Made by a program: the position numbers and the translations under genes. The notes under the pieces were generated by a model. That model ran no database searches. It was not told the DNA's origin and worked only from the letters and a program-made list of their open reading frames with translations. Shown one piece after another: positions 1 through 8,021 of a stretch of DNA of 29,350 nucleotides (positions are counted from its first letter, which is position 1; every line of letters begins with the position of its first letter). This stretch comes from a virus (Duplodnaviria > Caudoviricetes), in the IMG/VR virus record IMGVR_UViG_3300042558_003488, positions 1 to 29,350 of that record, one strand, 5' to 3'.

Positions 1-156
1 TTGCCTTTTTCGTAGTCGGTTAAGCGGCCACTACGAAGGCAATCCTTTACCCTTTTTTCTATGTTGGGCAAAAGCGCATTAGGCGGTAAAAGGGCGAATG
101 CTGCCGCCCAGTCTTGCTCTAAGTGTGTTTCGAAATATTGCTGTAAATTCACAACG

Positions 157-191
157 CAAAGGTGCGGGGCGTAGAAACCGCTTAAAAGGAC
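157..191 (-). promoter_or_regulatory. Phage-specific bipartite promoter motif copy 1 (GTCCTTT-N24-TTTG)
   Basis: Same motif and identical spacing as six other intergenic copies; points left out of the window; lies just after a terminator. Confidence 0.65.
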
Positions 192-224
192 AAAAAAAGC
201 CTACTACACCGAAATGCAGTAGGC
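192..224 (-). terminator. Intrinsic terminator after capsid/tube operon
   Basis: - strand GCCTACTGCA-TTTCGG-TGTAGTAGGC followed by T7. Confidence 0.75.
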
Positions 225-264
225 CCATAAAAATCCCAAAAAAACTCAAAAATTTACTCACTTC

Positions 265-567
265 TTACTTCTCTTCATCCTCCCCAGCCGGGTAAAATGT
301 TTCTTTTGCGGCCACGTATTCGCTAAGGTCGGCCTTTTTGGTGTCCTTCTTGTCGCTTTTCGCTGCTTTTTTTGCGTCCTTATCGTCGCTACTATCGGCT
401 TTTACAATCCACTTGAAACCACCGTCCACCAGTTCGCCGCAGCGTTCTGGAGTAAGGGTTTTCAGGTTGATTTCTCCAAATCCGGGAAAGATGGCGGTGC
501 CACCGATCCCGTCACAATCGACTGTGCTGTATCCTGCTGCTTGGCATTCTTCTGACAAATGTTCCAT
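265..567 (-). CDS. Hypothetical phage protein with Lys/Asp-rich C-terminus
   Basis: 100-aa ORF co-oriented at the end of the head operon. Confidence 0.65.
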   Translation of the reverse strand: MEHLSEECQAAGYSTVDCDGIGGTAIFPGFGEINLKTLTPERCGELVDGGFKWIVKADSSDDKDAKKAAKSDKKDTKKADLSEYVAAKETFYPAGEDEEK

Positions 568-611
568 GTCTATTTGCTGCTTTTAAGTTGTGATATAATA
601 TACGACTACTA

Positions 612-1163
612 CTATGGAATAGGCGTAAGATTGATAGTACCGGTGTACACCTGCGGCGATGCTGTGACCCAGCGGATCGTGTACAATGTACCACGTTCGT
701 CGGTGGCTGCTTCGCCCGTAGTGCCGTCGCCCTCTTGCAGATATGCGGGTTCATCCTTACTGCCTAAGCAGTGTACTACGCCGTTTTTATCGGGGATAAG
801 GCATACCTGCGGGATATTGAGTTGATCTCGCATCCATTCCAATTGTACGGCATCGGTGCCGAGAACGTAGAACTTTGCCATGATCTCCATCGACTTAGAG
901 CCGATACCACCCACTGCTTTGTACGTGACACTACCCTTTTCGAGCAGCATAGGGAAAGAGCGGAAATAGCCTTTGCCACTGCCCGCGCCCGTGAACGAAA
1001 AGTTACCCGTGAGGGTCACAGTTTTACCATCGCCGGGAGTTGTGGCCGCCTGAAAAGCCGGCCACGTCTCAAACTCCCCGGCGGGGGCATTATATCCGGT
1101 ACCCTTAACACCTGCTGCGTTTTTGGCACAAGGGATAGCGGTTAATTTATTTGAATTACACAT
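612..1163 (-). CDS. Phage structural protein, probable major tail tube-like fold
   Basis: 183 aa, Gly/Thr-rich beta-type sequence directly after the capsid gene; motif NG-x4-LG-x4-P...G-x-A-x2-D-x-R. Confidence 0.55.
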   Translation of the reverse strand: MCNSNKLTAIPCAKNAAGVKGTGYNAPAGEFETWPAFQAATTPGDGKTVTLTGNFSFTGAGSGKGYFRSFPMLLEKGSVTYKAVGGIGSKSMEIMAKFYVLGTDAVQLEWMRDQLNIPQVCLIPDKNGVVHCLGSKDEPAYLQEGDGTTGEAATDERGTLYTIRWVTASPQVYTGTINLTPIP

Positions 1164-1249
1164 GTTGTGTGTCTTGCTTTTAAAAATTGATAGAATAGTA
1201 CGAGGTAGTAAAAACCACCCCGTACCTAAGTAATAATGATGAACAGCAA

Positions 1250-2227
1250 CTACACTTGGTTATTCACGTAAATATCCTGCGGTGCCTCGAAGCCATATCC
1301 ACGGTAGATCGTGCAATACATGTGCAGGATACGTGGACTGTTATCGAAGATGATTTCGGGATAGAGCGCGTAGCCTTGGCGACCGATAAATGACATGTTG
1401 TCGGCCTGTGTGTTAGGCACAAAAATCCAACGATTGCTACTGCCCATCGCTTGCACACCTACGATCTCTACATTGTAGTCATCCACAAATACTTTTTGTG
1501 GGCCGTTGTTTTGAGCAAATGGCCCATTCATGCTTTGCGTGAACTCGGCACGGTAATCACGGAAATATCGGCGGCGGTTAGGCACGCTCATCAATATTTT
1601 ACCGCCCAAATTAGTCACCTCCGAAGGGATTGCATCTAAGAACGCTTCCACCTTTTCGCGAATATCCGCGTCGGTAAATACGCCCGTAGCAACTACGTTG
1701 ATCGAGGTAGCGGTTACTGCATCGGCAATAACTTTTTTAAAGCCATCCACAGATGCGAGTACTGCGCCCGGTGTGCCAGCGGTAGGTGCAACATAAGAGC
1801 CATCCCAAGCGATAGCGTTCAATTCCGAATGCAGTTTGGGAAGTAGAACGCGGTCGTAGATGTATTTAGGGAACGTCCAACTCTGGGGGTCGCGGCCTGC
1901 TTCAAAGCGCGAGCCTTGGTATGCATCCCACCACTTTTTAAGGTCGGTCTCCGTCCAGTCCATATCCATCTTGATCGGACGGACACGGATAGAGGTTTCG
2001 CCATGCGATACACTACCCGTTGGGGTGTATCCGCCTTGGTATGGTTGAAGCATTTGGCCAGAAACAGCGCGTTCTACGACGTAAAACTCGCCATCTGACA
2101 TTTTGGGAACCAATAGGTTATTTTCCATTTCCAAGCCCTGCAAAATTTGCGTGCGGATTTCCGGTCCAAAAGTGCGGCTTTGGTCATTTAAGAAGGCCGC
2201 GCCTGCGGCTATCGTGATATTAGGCAT
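1250..2227 (-). CDS. Major capsid protein
   Basis: 325 aa directly downstream of the prohead protease; HK97-like features (E-loop-like segment, AWDG, DGFKK, C-terminal YRGYGF strand). Confidence 0.75.
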   Translation of the reverse strand: MPNITIAAGAAFLNDQSRTFGPEIRTQILQGLEMENNLLVPKMSDGEFYVVERAVSGQMLQPYQGGYTPTGSVSHGETSIRVRPIKMDMDWTETDLKKWWDAYQGSRFEAGRDPQSWTFPKYIYDRVLLPKLHSELNAIAWDGSYVAPTAGTPGAVLASVDGFKKVIADAVTATSINVVATGVFTDADIREKVEAFLDAIPSEVTNLGGKILMSVPNRRRYFRDYRAEFTQSMNGPFAQNNGPQKVFVDDYNVEIVGVQAMGSSNRWIFVPNTQADNMSFIGRQGYALYPEIIFDNSPRILHMYCTIYRGYGFEAPQDIYVNNQV

Positions 2228-2294
2228 GTTATTTAATAAATTGTACCCTTATCGGGTAATTACGGTGTAAACTGATATTTATGAGCCGATACAG

Positions 2295-3470
2295 CTACGA
2301 AGGGACAAAACGAACTTGCTCCCCTTTCGCAAGAGAGGCTTCAATGTCCTGATTGAAGCGAGCAAGACGCGCCTGTGGGGTATCTTCATCGCCTTCGATC
2401 CGTAGGTCGTTCGCTGGTGGTGGTGGCGTGCTGCGCCCTGCGCCGGGTGCTGCGGCAAACGTAGCAATCTGCGCCTGTGCATTAGCCAACTCTCCTTTTA
2501 GGGCATTGAGTTCTGCTTTAAAATCGGCGATAAGTGCGGCGTTCGGATCGGCTGCTGGTGCTGGTGGTGGCGGTGTGGCGGCAGTGTGCTCAGCAAGGAG
2601 TGCCTGCACATCGGTGGCCAACAAAGTGCCGTCCGTGAGTGCTGCCTTTAATTCTGCTTTTGTCATGTCTGTGACGTTAGGTTGAGTGATAGATTTGGCA
2701 GAAGACGCTGCCGGACTTAAAAAATTAGTGATGCGCTGTATAAGCCCCTGCGCGGGGGGTGCTGGTGTATTGCCAGTATCGGGTGCGGCTTTTTTAGGGC
2801 GGTACTCGGAGAATGGGTCGCGGATAGCGGCGGCAATAGTATCTTTTGTAACGGCTGCAATGCCGCTTTGATATTCTTCTGTGGTGCCTGTGATAAGACC
2901 CTGCGATAAGACATCGGGGTAGGTAAAGTACTTGTCTTTGTAGTCGGCGAAGTACATAGTAGTAACATCTTCCGGTGTTTTTTGTAGGCTATCAGCAAAG
3001 CCTAAGATCATGGCTTCGCTGATCTTGTCTAGGATTTCGGCACATTCGCGCATTTCCTGTGCGTTGCCTTCGCAATAGTCCCACGGGTGGTGAATCATAA
3101 GGATGGCGTTTTTGGCCATGTGCCGCTGTTGGCCACACGCCCATATTGCGGCTGCCATAGATGCCGCCGTGCCATCGTTGTAGGTGTGAATGGTCATACC
3201 GCTCATTTGCATGGATGCAATAATGGCCTGACCATGCTTTGTAGAGCCGCCATTCGAGTTCAAGCGGATATGGACATCAGTTGCGCCTTCTGCTTTTAGG
3301 TCGTTTATTGCCTGAATGAAATCGCTATCAGAAATACCAACTTTTTCGTACTCGTGTGTGGTGTAGTTATACGACATCATGGAACCGATTGGAGCGTATA
3401 AAAACAAGGTATTTTCATTGCGCACTAAGCGGTCGTAACTCACTTTTGCCTCTGTATTAATATCTGCCAT
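2295..3470 (-). CDS. ClpP-type prohead maturation protease with C-terminal scaffold-like region
   Basis: IRLNSNGG, AASMA (catalytic Ser), MIHHPW (catalytic His); Pro/Ala-rich and coiled-coil C-terminus. Confidence 0.9.
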   Translation of the reverse strand: MADINTEAKVSYDRLVRNENTLFLYAPIGSMMSYNYTTHEYEKVGISDSDFIQAINDLKAEGATDVHIRLNSNGGSTKHGQAIIASMQMSGMTIHTYNDGTAASMAAAIWACGQQRHMAKNAILMIHHPWDYCEGNAQEMRECAEILDKISEAMILGFADSLQKTPEDVTTMYFADYKDKYFTYPDVLSQGLITGTTEEYQSGIAAVTKDTIAAAIRDPFSEYRPKKAAPDTGNTPAPPAQGLIQRITNFLSPAASSAKSITQPNVTDMTKAELKAALTDGTLLATDVQALLAEHTAATPPPPAPAADPNAALIADFKAELNALKGELANAQAQIATFAAAPGAGRSTPPPPANDLRIEGDEDTPQARLARFNQDIEASLAKGEQVRFVPS

Positions 3471-3475
3471 TGTGT

Positions 3476-3964
3476 TTAAAAAATGGGTATATAACCCGGT
3501 GATTTTTTTATAACTACTCCTGAAAATGCGACTTGGTGCGCACGCGTATCGGACGGCGCAGCACCTGAATCATAATCGGGATTGAATGTAAGTGGATGCT
3601 CGGGTGTGCCGAGTAGGATGGTTAAACCATTTCGGGTGACACGGACGATAAATGCGTGCCGTACCATATCGTCGAGTGTGCCGCGCTGTACGGCGGATTC
3701 GCTGAGGAGTGTGGCTGATACGGTAATTTGGAAATTAGGTCCTTGCTGTGTGTTTTGTGTGCTTTCGCGTACGCGCCCGGTTTCGGGCTGGTATGGGAGT
3801 TTGTACCAAGTGCCTACGCCCGCATCGCGCTGCTGATTGTAGGCAGCCGATAAAGCACGGTGGTATTGCCCTGGCGTGAGTTCGTCCACGGGGCAATACT
3901 CTAATAAACCCACTCCGGCGAGGGCTTTACTGGTACAATTGATAGAGGCACTGAGCGACTGCAT
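3476..3964 (-). CDS. Phage structural protein, apparent paralog of 612..1163
   Basis: 162 aa; NGLTILLGTPEHP...SGAAPSDTR aligns with NGVVHCLGSKDEP...TGEAATDER. Confidence 0.55.
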   Translation of the reverse strand: MQSLSASINCTSKALAGVGLLEYCPVDELTPGQYHRALSAAYNQQRDAGVGTWYKLPYQPETGRVRESTQNTQQGPNFQITVSATLLSESAVQRGTLDDMVRHAFIVRVTRNGLTILLGTPEHPLTFNPDYDSGAAPSDTRAHQVAFSGVVIKKSPGYIPIF

Positions 3965-3968
3965 AGCA

Positions 3969-4003
3969 CAAAAGTGCAGCCGCCTGAAAGGTAGAAAAAG
4001 GAC
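3969..4003 (-). promoter_or_regulatory. Bipartite promoter motif copy 2
   Basis: GTCCTTT-N24-TTTG; ATG of 3476..3964 follows 4 nt later. Confidence 0.7.
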
Positions 4004-4006
4004 AGG

Positions 4007-4555
4007 TTACACCTTTGATTTGCGCCGTCCTTTAAACACGTTGTAATTGGAAACGCCGCGCGCGGTGCGGTAGCGTTGGTTGCGCTTTTTGATGGCGTCG
4101 AAATCGGCGACTTCGGAGAGTCCCGCTTCGCGCATAAAATCTTCGATAACCGCTTTCTCGGACATACCTACTGCGTGGGCGACGGTGGTGCGGGCGCATA
4201 TTTCCTGCATCATAAGCGCGGGTAGGTAATCGTTAAATAAGCGCGCTACCCTATCGAGGTAAAGAAAAATATCTACGGTAGCCAAATGGCCTGTGATAAT
4301 GAAGGGCATAGAGTCGCCGTAGTTTTCTACTACTTCGCAATAATCGGGGAATGATACTCCCTCGGAGACTGGATGCTGCTGGAGGTCGATACTGAAGGTG
4401 AGCAAGGAGGTAAGGAATACCGAAATAGGCGATTTGCCGGGCAACAGAATAGGAGCGTCGGGACTAAGCCGCTCGTACCATTCTACAAATTTTCGGTGTT
4501 TTGTGGAGATTGGGAACTTCCCAATAATTTGTTTTGAAATCGTTTCAACTTTCAT
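4007..4555 (-). CDS. Hypothetical protein, possible transcription regulator
   Basis: Likely start MKVETISKQ at 4555 (the longer ORF overlaps a terminator hairpin); helical basic C-terminus AVIEDFMREAGLSEVADFDAIKKRNQRYR. Confidence 0.55.
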   Translation of the reverse strand: MKVETISKQIIGKFPISTKHRKFVEWYERLSPDAPILLPGKSPISVFLTSLLTFSIDLQQHPVSEGVSFPDYCEVVENYGDSMPFIITGHLATVDIFLYLDRVARLFNDYLPALMMQEICARTTVAHAVGMSEKAVIEDFMREAGLSEVADFDAIKKRNQRYRTARGVSNYNVFKGRRKSKV

Positions 4556-4621
4556 ACACAACGCGACGTGGATAGTGATACATACTGCTATCGTTACAAA
4601 AATCGAGCCGACTTTTAAAAC

Positions 4622-4660
4622 AATAAGCCCGTGAAAGTAAAACACTTACACGGGCTTATT
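4622..4660. terminator. Hairpin/terminator after membrane protein gene
   Basis: AATAAGCCCGTG ... CACGGGCTTATT 12-bp inverted repeat. Confidence 0.6.
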
Positions 4661-4680
4661 CAAAATAATTTAATGATTTG

Positions 4681-5229
4681 CTACTGGACGACATTTGCGT
4701 CCTTCTGCCCTCGCTTAATTAATCGCTCCACAATTGGCCACACAATGTTTTTAATACTGGCGTAAAGGAAATTGGTGGCTCCGAAATTGGGTAGAAATGT
4801 GGCGGATAACAACGTGAAAAATTCTTCTGTTAATGCTCCGGCTTTGAACGTTGCTAGTCCTGTAAGTGCGACAAATATCACGACACCCGATCTGACCCAT
4901 TTGTTTCCTACGGTTCGCAGTCCGGGTATAAAGCCGCCGAGCAATGCAAGGATAGCAACTACTCCCGCCTCTAATGCACCGATCAAGCCCTGATCGAAAA
5001 AGGTTTTTGGTTCGTTGTAATTGACGGGAATTGGATCGAGCGTAGTGGCTGCATTTACCGCCGAAACGGTGCTGGCTACGTCAACCATTCCGGGGATAAC
5101 CTTCGTGGCTCCGTCGCGGGTTTTTACGGTTTCGGTGGGTGCTGGTGTAGTTGGTGTGGTGGTGTCTTGTGCCTGTGCAAAGAGCGGGACTAAGAACACC
5201 AAAAACACGGCAAAAATAAAATTCTTCAT
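4681..5229 (-). CDS. Membrane protein with signal peptide, holin/lysis candidate
   Basis: N-terminal signal peptide ending AQA-Q, Thr/Pro linker, 2-3 hydrophobic helices, basic C-terminus; next to the amidase. Confidence 0.55.
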   Translation of the reverse strand: MKNFIFAVFLVFLVPLFAQAQDTTTPTTPAPTETVKTRDGATKVIPGMVDVASTVSAVNAATTLDPIPVNYNEPKTFFDQGLIGALEAGVVAILALLGGFIPGLRTVGNKWVRSGVVIFVALTGLATFKAGALTEEFFTLLSATFLPNFGATNFLYASIKNIVWPIVERLIKRGQKDANVVQ

Positions 5230-5264
5230 GCTTTAAAATGTTTTGTTTAAAAAATATATTGATA

Positions 5265-5299
5265 CAAAAATATGGATCGGGAGGGCTGGCAAAAAGGAC
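5265..5299 (-). promoter_or_regulatory. Bipartite promoter motif copy 3
   Basis: GTCCTTT-N24-TTTG upstream of 4681..5229. Confidence 0.65.
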
Positions 5300-5913
5300 T
5301 ACTTAGCCAAATGACTGGCCAGTGCTGCGTAATGCTGCTTGAATGCGGGCGACACGTCCGTTTTATCGGCGCGTACATTGTGGTGTGCGTATATCCCAAA
5401 CTGGTACGGAATATTCATATCTAGTACTCCGAATGGCGCAATGGTAGTAGGGATTTGGTGCTTTTTGGTGAGCATAAGAAGCAGGTCTTTTAATGCGTCG
5501 ATCTGCGCGGCTGGATAGATTGGCCATGCTTTTCCGCTGCGCCACTCCTCTATTATCGTTTCTCCTTTGTAGATAGGCCCGTCCGGGTGCAACCATTTTA
5601 GTTCACCGCTTTGGGTTGGCCATGTGTAGCCTTCGTTTACCATTTCTATGCCAATACTCTGCTGGTTGAGCATTAGGTTACGCGCTGATCGGATGCCCAG
5701 GTGATGCGCCCAAAACTTGTCGTCAAATGCTTGAATTACGGTACCATCTTTTTCGATTAGGAATGCGGTAGCGATTCGCTCCGGGGTATGCGCCCACCAG
5801 CGGAGCGCAGAAGCCGCGCTGCTACTGACGGTGTGGTGCAGTACGATGTTGCTTTTTTTGTGGATGCGAGCAAAGTACTGGTTGGGTGTGAGTGGGCGTT
5901 GCTGGATAATCAT
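5299..5913 (-). CDS. N-acetylmuramoyl-L-alanine amidase (Amidase_2-type endolysin)
   Basis: IVLHHT, AFLIEKDGTV, AHH, SIGIEMVN, AHHNVRADKTDVSP motifs; start moved to MIIQQ at 5913. Confidence 0.9.
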   Translation of the reverse strand: MIIQQRPLTPNQYFARIHKKSNIVLHHTVSSSAASALRWWAHTPERIATAFLIEKDGTVIQAFDDKFWAHHLGIRSARNLMLNQQSIGIEMVNEGYTWPTQSGELKWLHPDGPIYKGETIIEEWRSGKAWPIYPAAQIDALKDLLLMLTKKHQIPTTIAPFGVLDMNIPYQFGIYAHHNVRADKTDVSPAFKQHYAALASHLAK

Positions 5914-5917
5914 ACCA

Positions 5918-5952
5918 CAAAAATGAGGCACGAAAAACACGGGACAAAGGAC
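5918..5952 (-). promoter_or_regulatory. Bipartite promoter motif copy 4
   Basis: GTCCTTT-N24-TTTG; amidase ATG 4 nt downstream. Confidence 0.7.
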
Positions 5953-5985
5953 AAAAAAAGCCCTACCACTGTACAGCGGTAGAGC
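5953..5985 (-). terminator. Intrinsic terminator after the tRNA-like RNA
   Basis: - strand GCTCTACCGCT-GTAC-AGTGGTAGGGC-T7. Confidence 0.75.
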
Positions 5986-6020
5986 CTAAACCCCAAAAAA
6001 CCAAATGAAAACAATCTTCT

Positions 6021-6102
6021 TTGAGCGACAGGGAAGAGTTGCACTTCCGACCTTTGTACAATTTATAGCGTACAACGTTCTAACTACCTGAACTACTCTC
6101 GC
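6021..6102 (-). tRNA. tRNA-like RNA (atypical or pseudo-tRNA, anticodon undetermined)
   Basis: Cloverleaf: acceptor GCGAGAG/CTGTCGC (one G-G mismatch), D arm GTTC/GAAC, anticodon arm TTGTAC/GTACAA with 10-nt loop GCTATAAATT, variable AGGTC, T arm GGAAG-TGCAACT-CTTCC, 3' end TCAA. Confidence 0.7.
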
Positions 6103-6141
6103 TGAGTTTATAATCTTATTTATCTTCTCTTTTGCTCCTTT

Positions 6142-6286
6142 GCCGCTATTCCTTTTAGAGAATAGCGGCTAGAAAAAACAAAAAAATATTCACCAAAACA
6201 AGTAGTTCTTTCGATTTGTGGCTACTGGCGAGTGGCTGAAAAAGGTGTTCTAGAAAAGGTACGTTTTAATCCTTCGCCACAAATCG
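6142..6286 (-). ncRNA. Putative structured non-coding RNA upstream of the tRNA-like element
   Basis: 11-bp closing stem CGATTTGTGGC/GCCACAAATCG (6212-6286) plus hairpin GCCGCTATTC/GAATAGCGGC (6142-6169); no ATG-initiated ORF; promoter just upstream. Confidence 0.4.
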
Positions 6287-6291
6287 TGTTG

Positions 6292-6299
6292 CAAATATA
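6292..6299 (-). promoter_or_regulatory. Bacteroidota-type -7 promoter box TATATTTG
   Basis: Matches TAnnTTTG; sits immediately 5' of the structured RNA. Confidence 0.6.
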
Positions 6300-6331
6300 C
6301 GGTTGTTTATTCCATATCTGCAACTTTTATT

Positions 6332-6604
6332 TTATTCTTTTAATATTAATTGTGCGGGCTTAATACCGCACCTCGCTAGATAGTCGGCGATGGTTTGTGT
6401 TAATTCTTCGGATTGCTGATGGATTATACCACCAGTGCTGGCAAGATGCGGCAAATATTCCGCTGCGGTTTCACTTTCTAGTGCAGCAGTGAGTGTGCCG
6501 CTGATCGACTGCATGTTAAAAATTGTTTTAAAAATGGGTGATTCTGATAATACCGTCCAGATGTCGCTGGTGGTTTCGAATAATTCCTTTTCGTTAGTTC
6601 GCAT
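6332..6604 (-). CDS. Hypothetical protein
   Basis: 90 aa from ATG 6604 (MRTNEKELF), preceded by a structured leader and promoter. Confidence 0.6.
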   Translation of the reverse strand: MRTNEKELFETTSDIWTVLSESPIFKTIFNMQSISGTLTAALESETAAEYLPHLASTGGIIHQQSEELTQTIADYLARCGIKPAQLILKE

Positions 6605-6752
6605 AACAAAAATAAAAAGCACACCGCATCACGGATGGCGAACCCATCAGTCCCGAAAAGGGAAAGAGTGGCATCACGTGAGCGGTGCTTATTTTACAAG
6701 AAAAGTGTGTGTCGAATAAATTCGGCACTGATGGATTCGCGGGGCAAAGATA
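6605..6752 (-). promoter_or_regulatory. Promoter TATCTTTG plus structured leader (c4/CI-antisense-like architecture)
   Basis: -7 box 6745-6752; 6727-6740 complementary to 6638-6651 (13 WC pairs + 1 G-U on - strand); competing outer stem 6617-6633/6677-6690. Confidence 0.55.
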
Positions 6753-6821
6753 CACCGTGTGTTTTTCTTGTGCAATGTTTTTTGTGATAAATTATGGATA
6801 TGTTTTGATAGATAGCAAGGG

Positions 6822-7070
6822 TTATCGACAACGAGAAATAACGCCTAGGTCATAAACACTTGCTATATTAAGTGAATTCATGGCTTTTTGAACAAGACTT
6901 GGCTCTAAAATATTAAAAACGCAACCCCCCTTTCCTACTGTGGATAGGACGCTGGAGTCTTTGGTTAATAAATCGTCATCATCTACATCGTCATTAAGAT
7001 GGACGGGGAAAGGCAATGTAAATACCTTTTTCGCAGAATTTTTGGTCGGCTTAATCCAAAAAATAACCAT
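6822..7070 (-). CDS. Hypothetical protein
   Basis: 82-aa ORF with A-rich start context, continues the small-gene run. Confidence 0.5.
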   Translation of the reverse strand: MVIFWIKPTKNSAKKVFTLPFPVHLNDDVDDDDLLTKDSSVLSTVGKGGCVFNILEPSLVQKAMNSLNIASVYDLGVISRCR

Positions 7071-7081
7071 TTTTTATGTTG

Positions 7082-7381
7082 TTATTGATCTTTTTTGTTA
7101 AATTGCAAGTACGATTTAGCCATTTTGTGTGACTTAGGAACTAAGTACATAACCCAACTAAACCATTTGTTTAACCAGTTAATAACCCTTAGTACTTTTA
7201 AGGAATCCTTATAGTCTTTTTCTGTAAGTAAGTTTTTTCCGCAAAGAGGGCATGGAGAATTTACGAACATACTAATATCCTCATTAGGATCTCCCGTTGG
7301 GTTTTCTATTTTATGGTCGCATGCTGGATTATCGCAAACGATTAAGTATTGTTGGTGCATTTCTATAAGTTTTCTTGCCAT
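7082..7381 (-). CDS. Cassette gene 5: zinc-ribbon-like hypothetical protein
   Basis: Start MARKL 12 nt after a repeat; CDNPAC and CPLC cysteine pairs. Confidence 0.6.
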   Translation of the reverse strand: MARKLIEMHQQYLIVCDNPACDHKIENPTGDPNEDISMFVNSPCPLCGKNLLTEKDYKDSLKVLRVINWLNKWFSWVMYLVPKSHKMAKSYLQFNKKDQ

Positions 7382-7430
7382 TTTTTTATTGGATGTGGGC
7401 GGTGTTGGCCGCACGGGTTAGTGTGAGAGT

Positions 7431-7556
7431 TTAATATAGAGCAGACCAAAGTTCATCTTCATGTACGATTAAGACTCCTTTGTCTCTTTCTGCGAAGCAC
7501 TCTAAGTAAGAGCCATAAACTATTGTGTTTTTTTCTGAATCTAGTAGATACCACAT
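7431..7556 (-). CDS. Cassette gene 4: 41-aa hypothetical protein
   Basis: MWYLLDSEK... fills the space between two repeats; ATG 13 nt after the repeat. Confidence 0.55.
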   Translation of the reverse strand: MWYLLDSEKNTIVYGSYLECFAERDKGVLIVHEDELWSALY

Positions 7557-7600
7557 GTTTTTTGTTAGATGTGGGCGGTGTTGGCCGCCCGGGTTAGTGA

Positions 7601-7975
7601 TTATTCGTAGTTTAAAGACTTCCGATATATGCAAGATTTACACCATTCTGGGAGTTTGTATTCTTGCCCATCCGAGCAGTATTCTATTCTCGTAGTTTCT
7701 TTTCGTTCAAAGCTGAAAGGATTATACCAAAATGTCACTTCTTGGTATTGTTTTGAATTCCTGCCGGACAAAAAATAGTACCTATCGGTAGATTCAATTT
7801 GCCATGTTTTTTTATCCTCTTCTATCTGTATAGGGGGTAAGTAGCCATTCAAAAAAGCCACTCTTTTGGCGGCATCCTCCGAATTATCGTGATCGCTTTC
7901 GGCAAACCATTTGCCGTTTGCATCTTCAAATCCTACTGTGTAAAGTGTTGGTTCTGATTGAATATATACGTACAT
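7601..7975 (-). CDS. Cassette gene 3: hypothetical phage protein
   Basis: 124 aa between two repeats. Confidence 0.65.
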   Translation of the reverse strand: MYVYIQSEPTLYTVGFEDANGKWFAESDHDNSEDAAKRVAFLNGYLPPIQIEEDKKTWQIESTDRYYFLSGRNSKQYQEVTFWYNPFSFERKETTRIEYCSDGQEYKLPEWCKSCIYRKSLNYE

Positions 7976-8021
7976 GTTTTTTTTTTGTTTGTGGGCGGTG
8001 TTGGCCGCCCGGGTGAGTTAA

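Noticed and set aside
5914-5940. Upstream starts given by the ORF track (also 4645, 7414, 7634, 9507, 15497, 27927)
   Set aside because: Extensions run through promoters, terminators, repeats or neighbouring genes; downstream ATGs fit better
6060-6070. Amber suppressor tRNA (CTA in loop) and TAG recoding
   Set aside because: CTA is not in anticodon position after a U, and TAG terminates capsid, protease and other full-length genes normally
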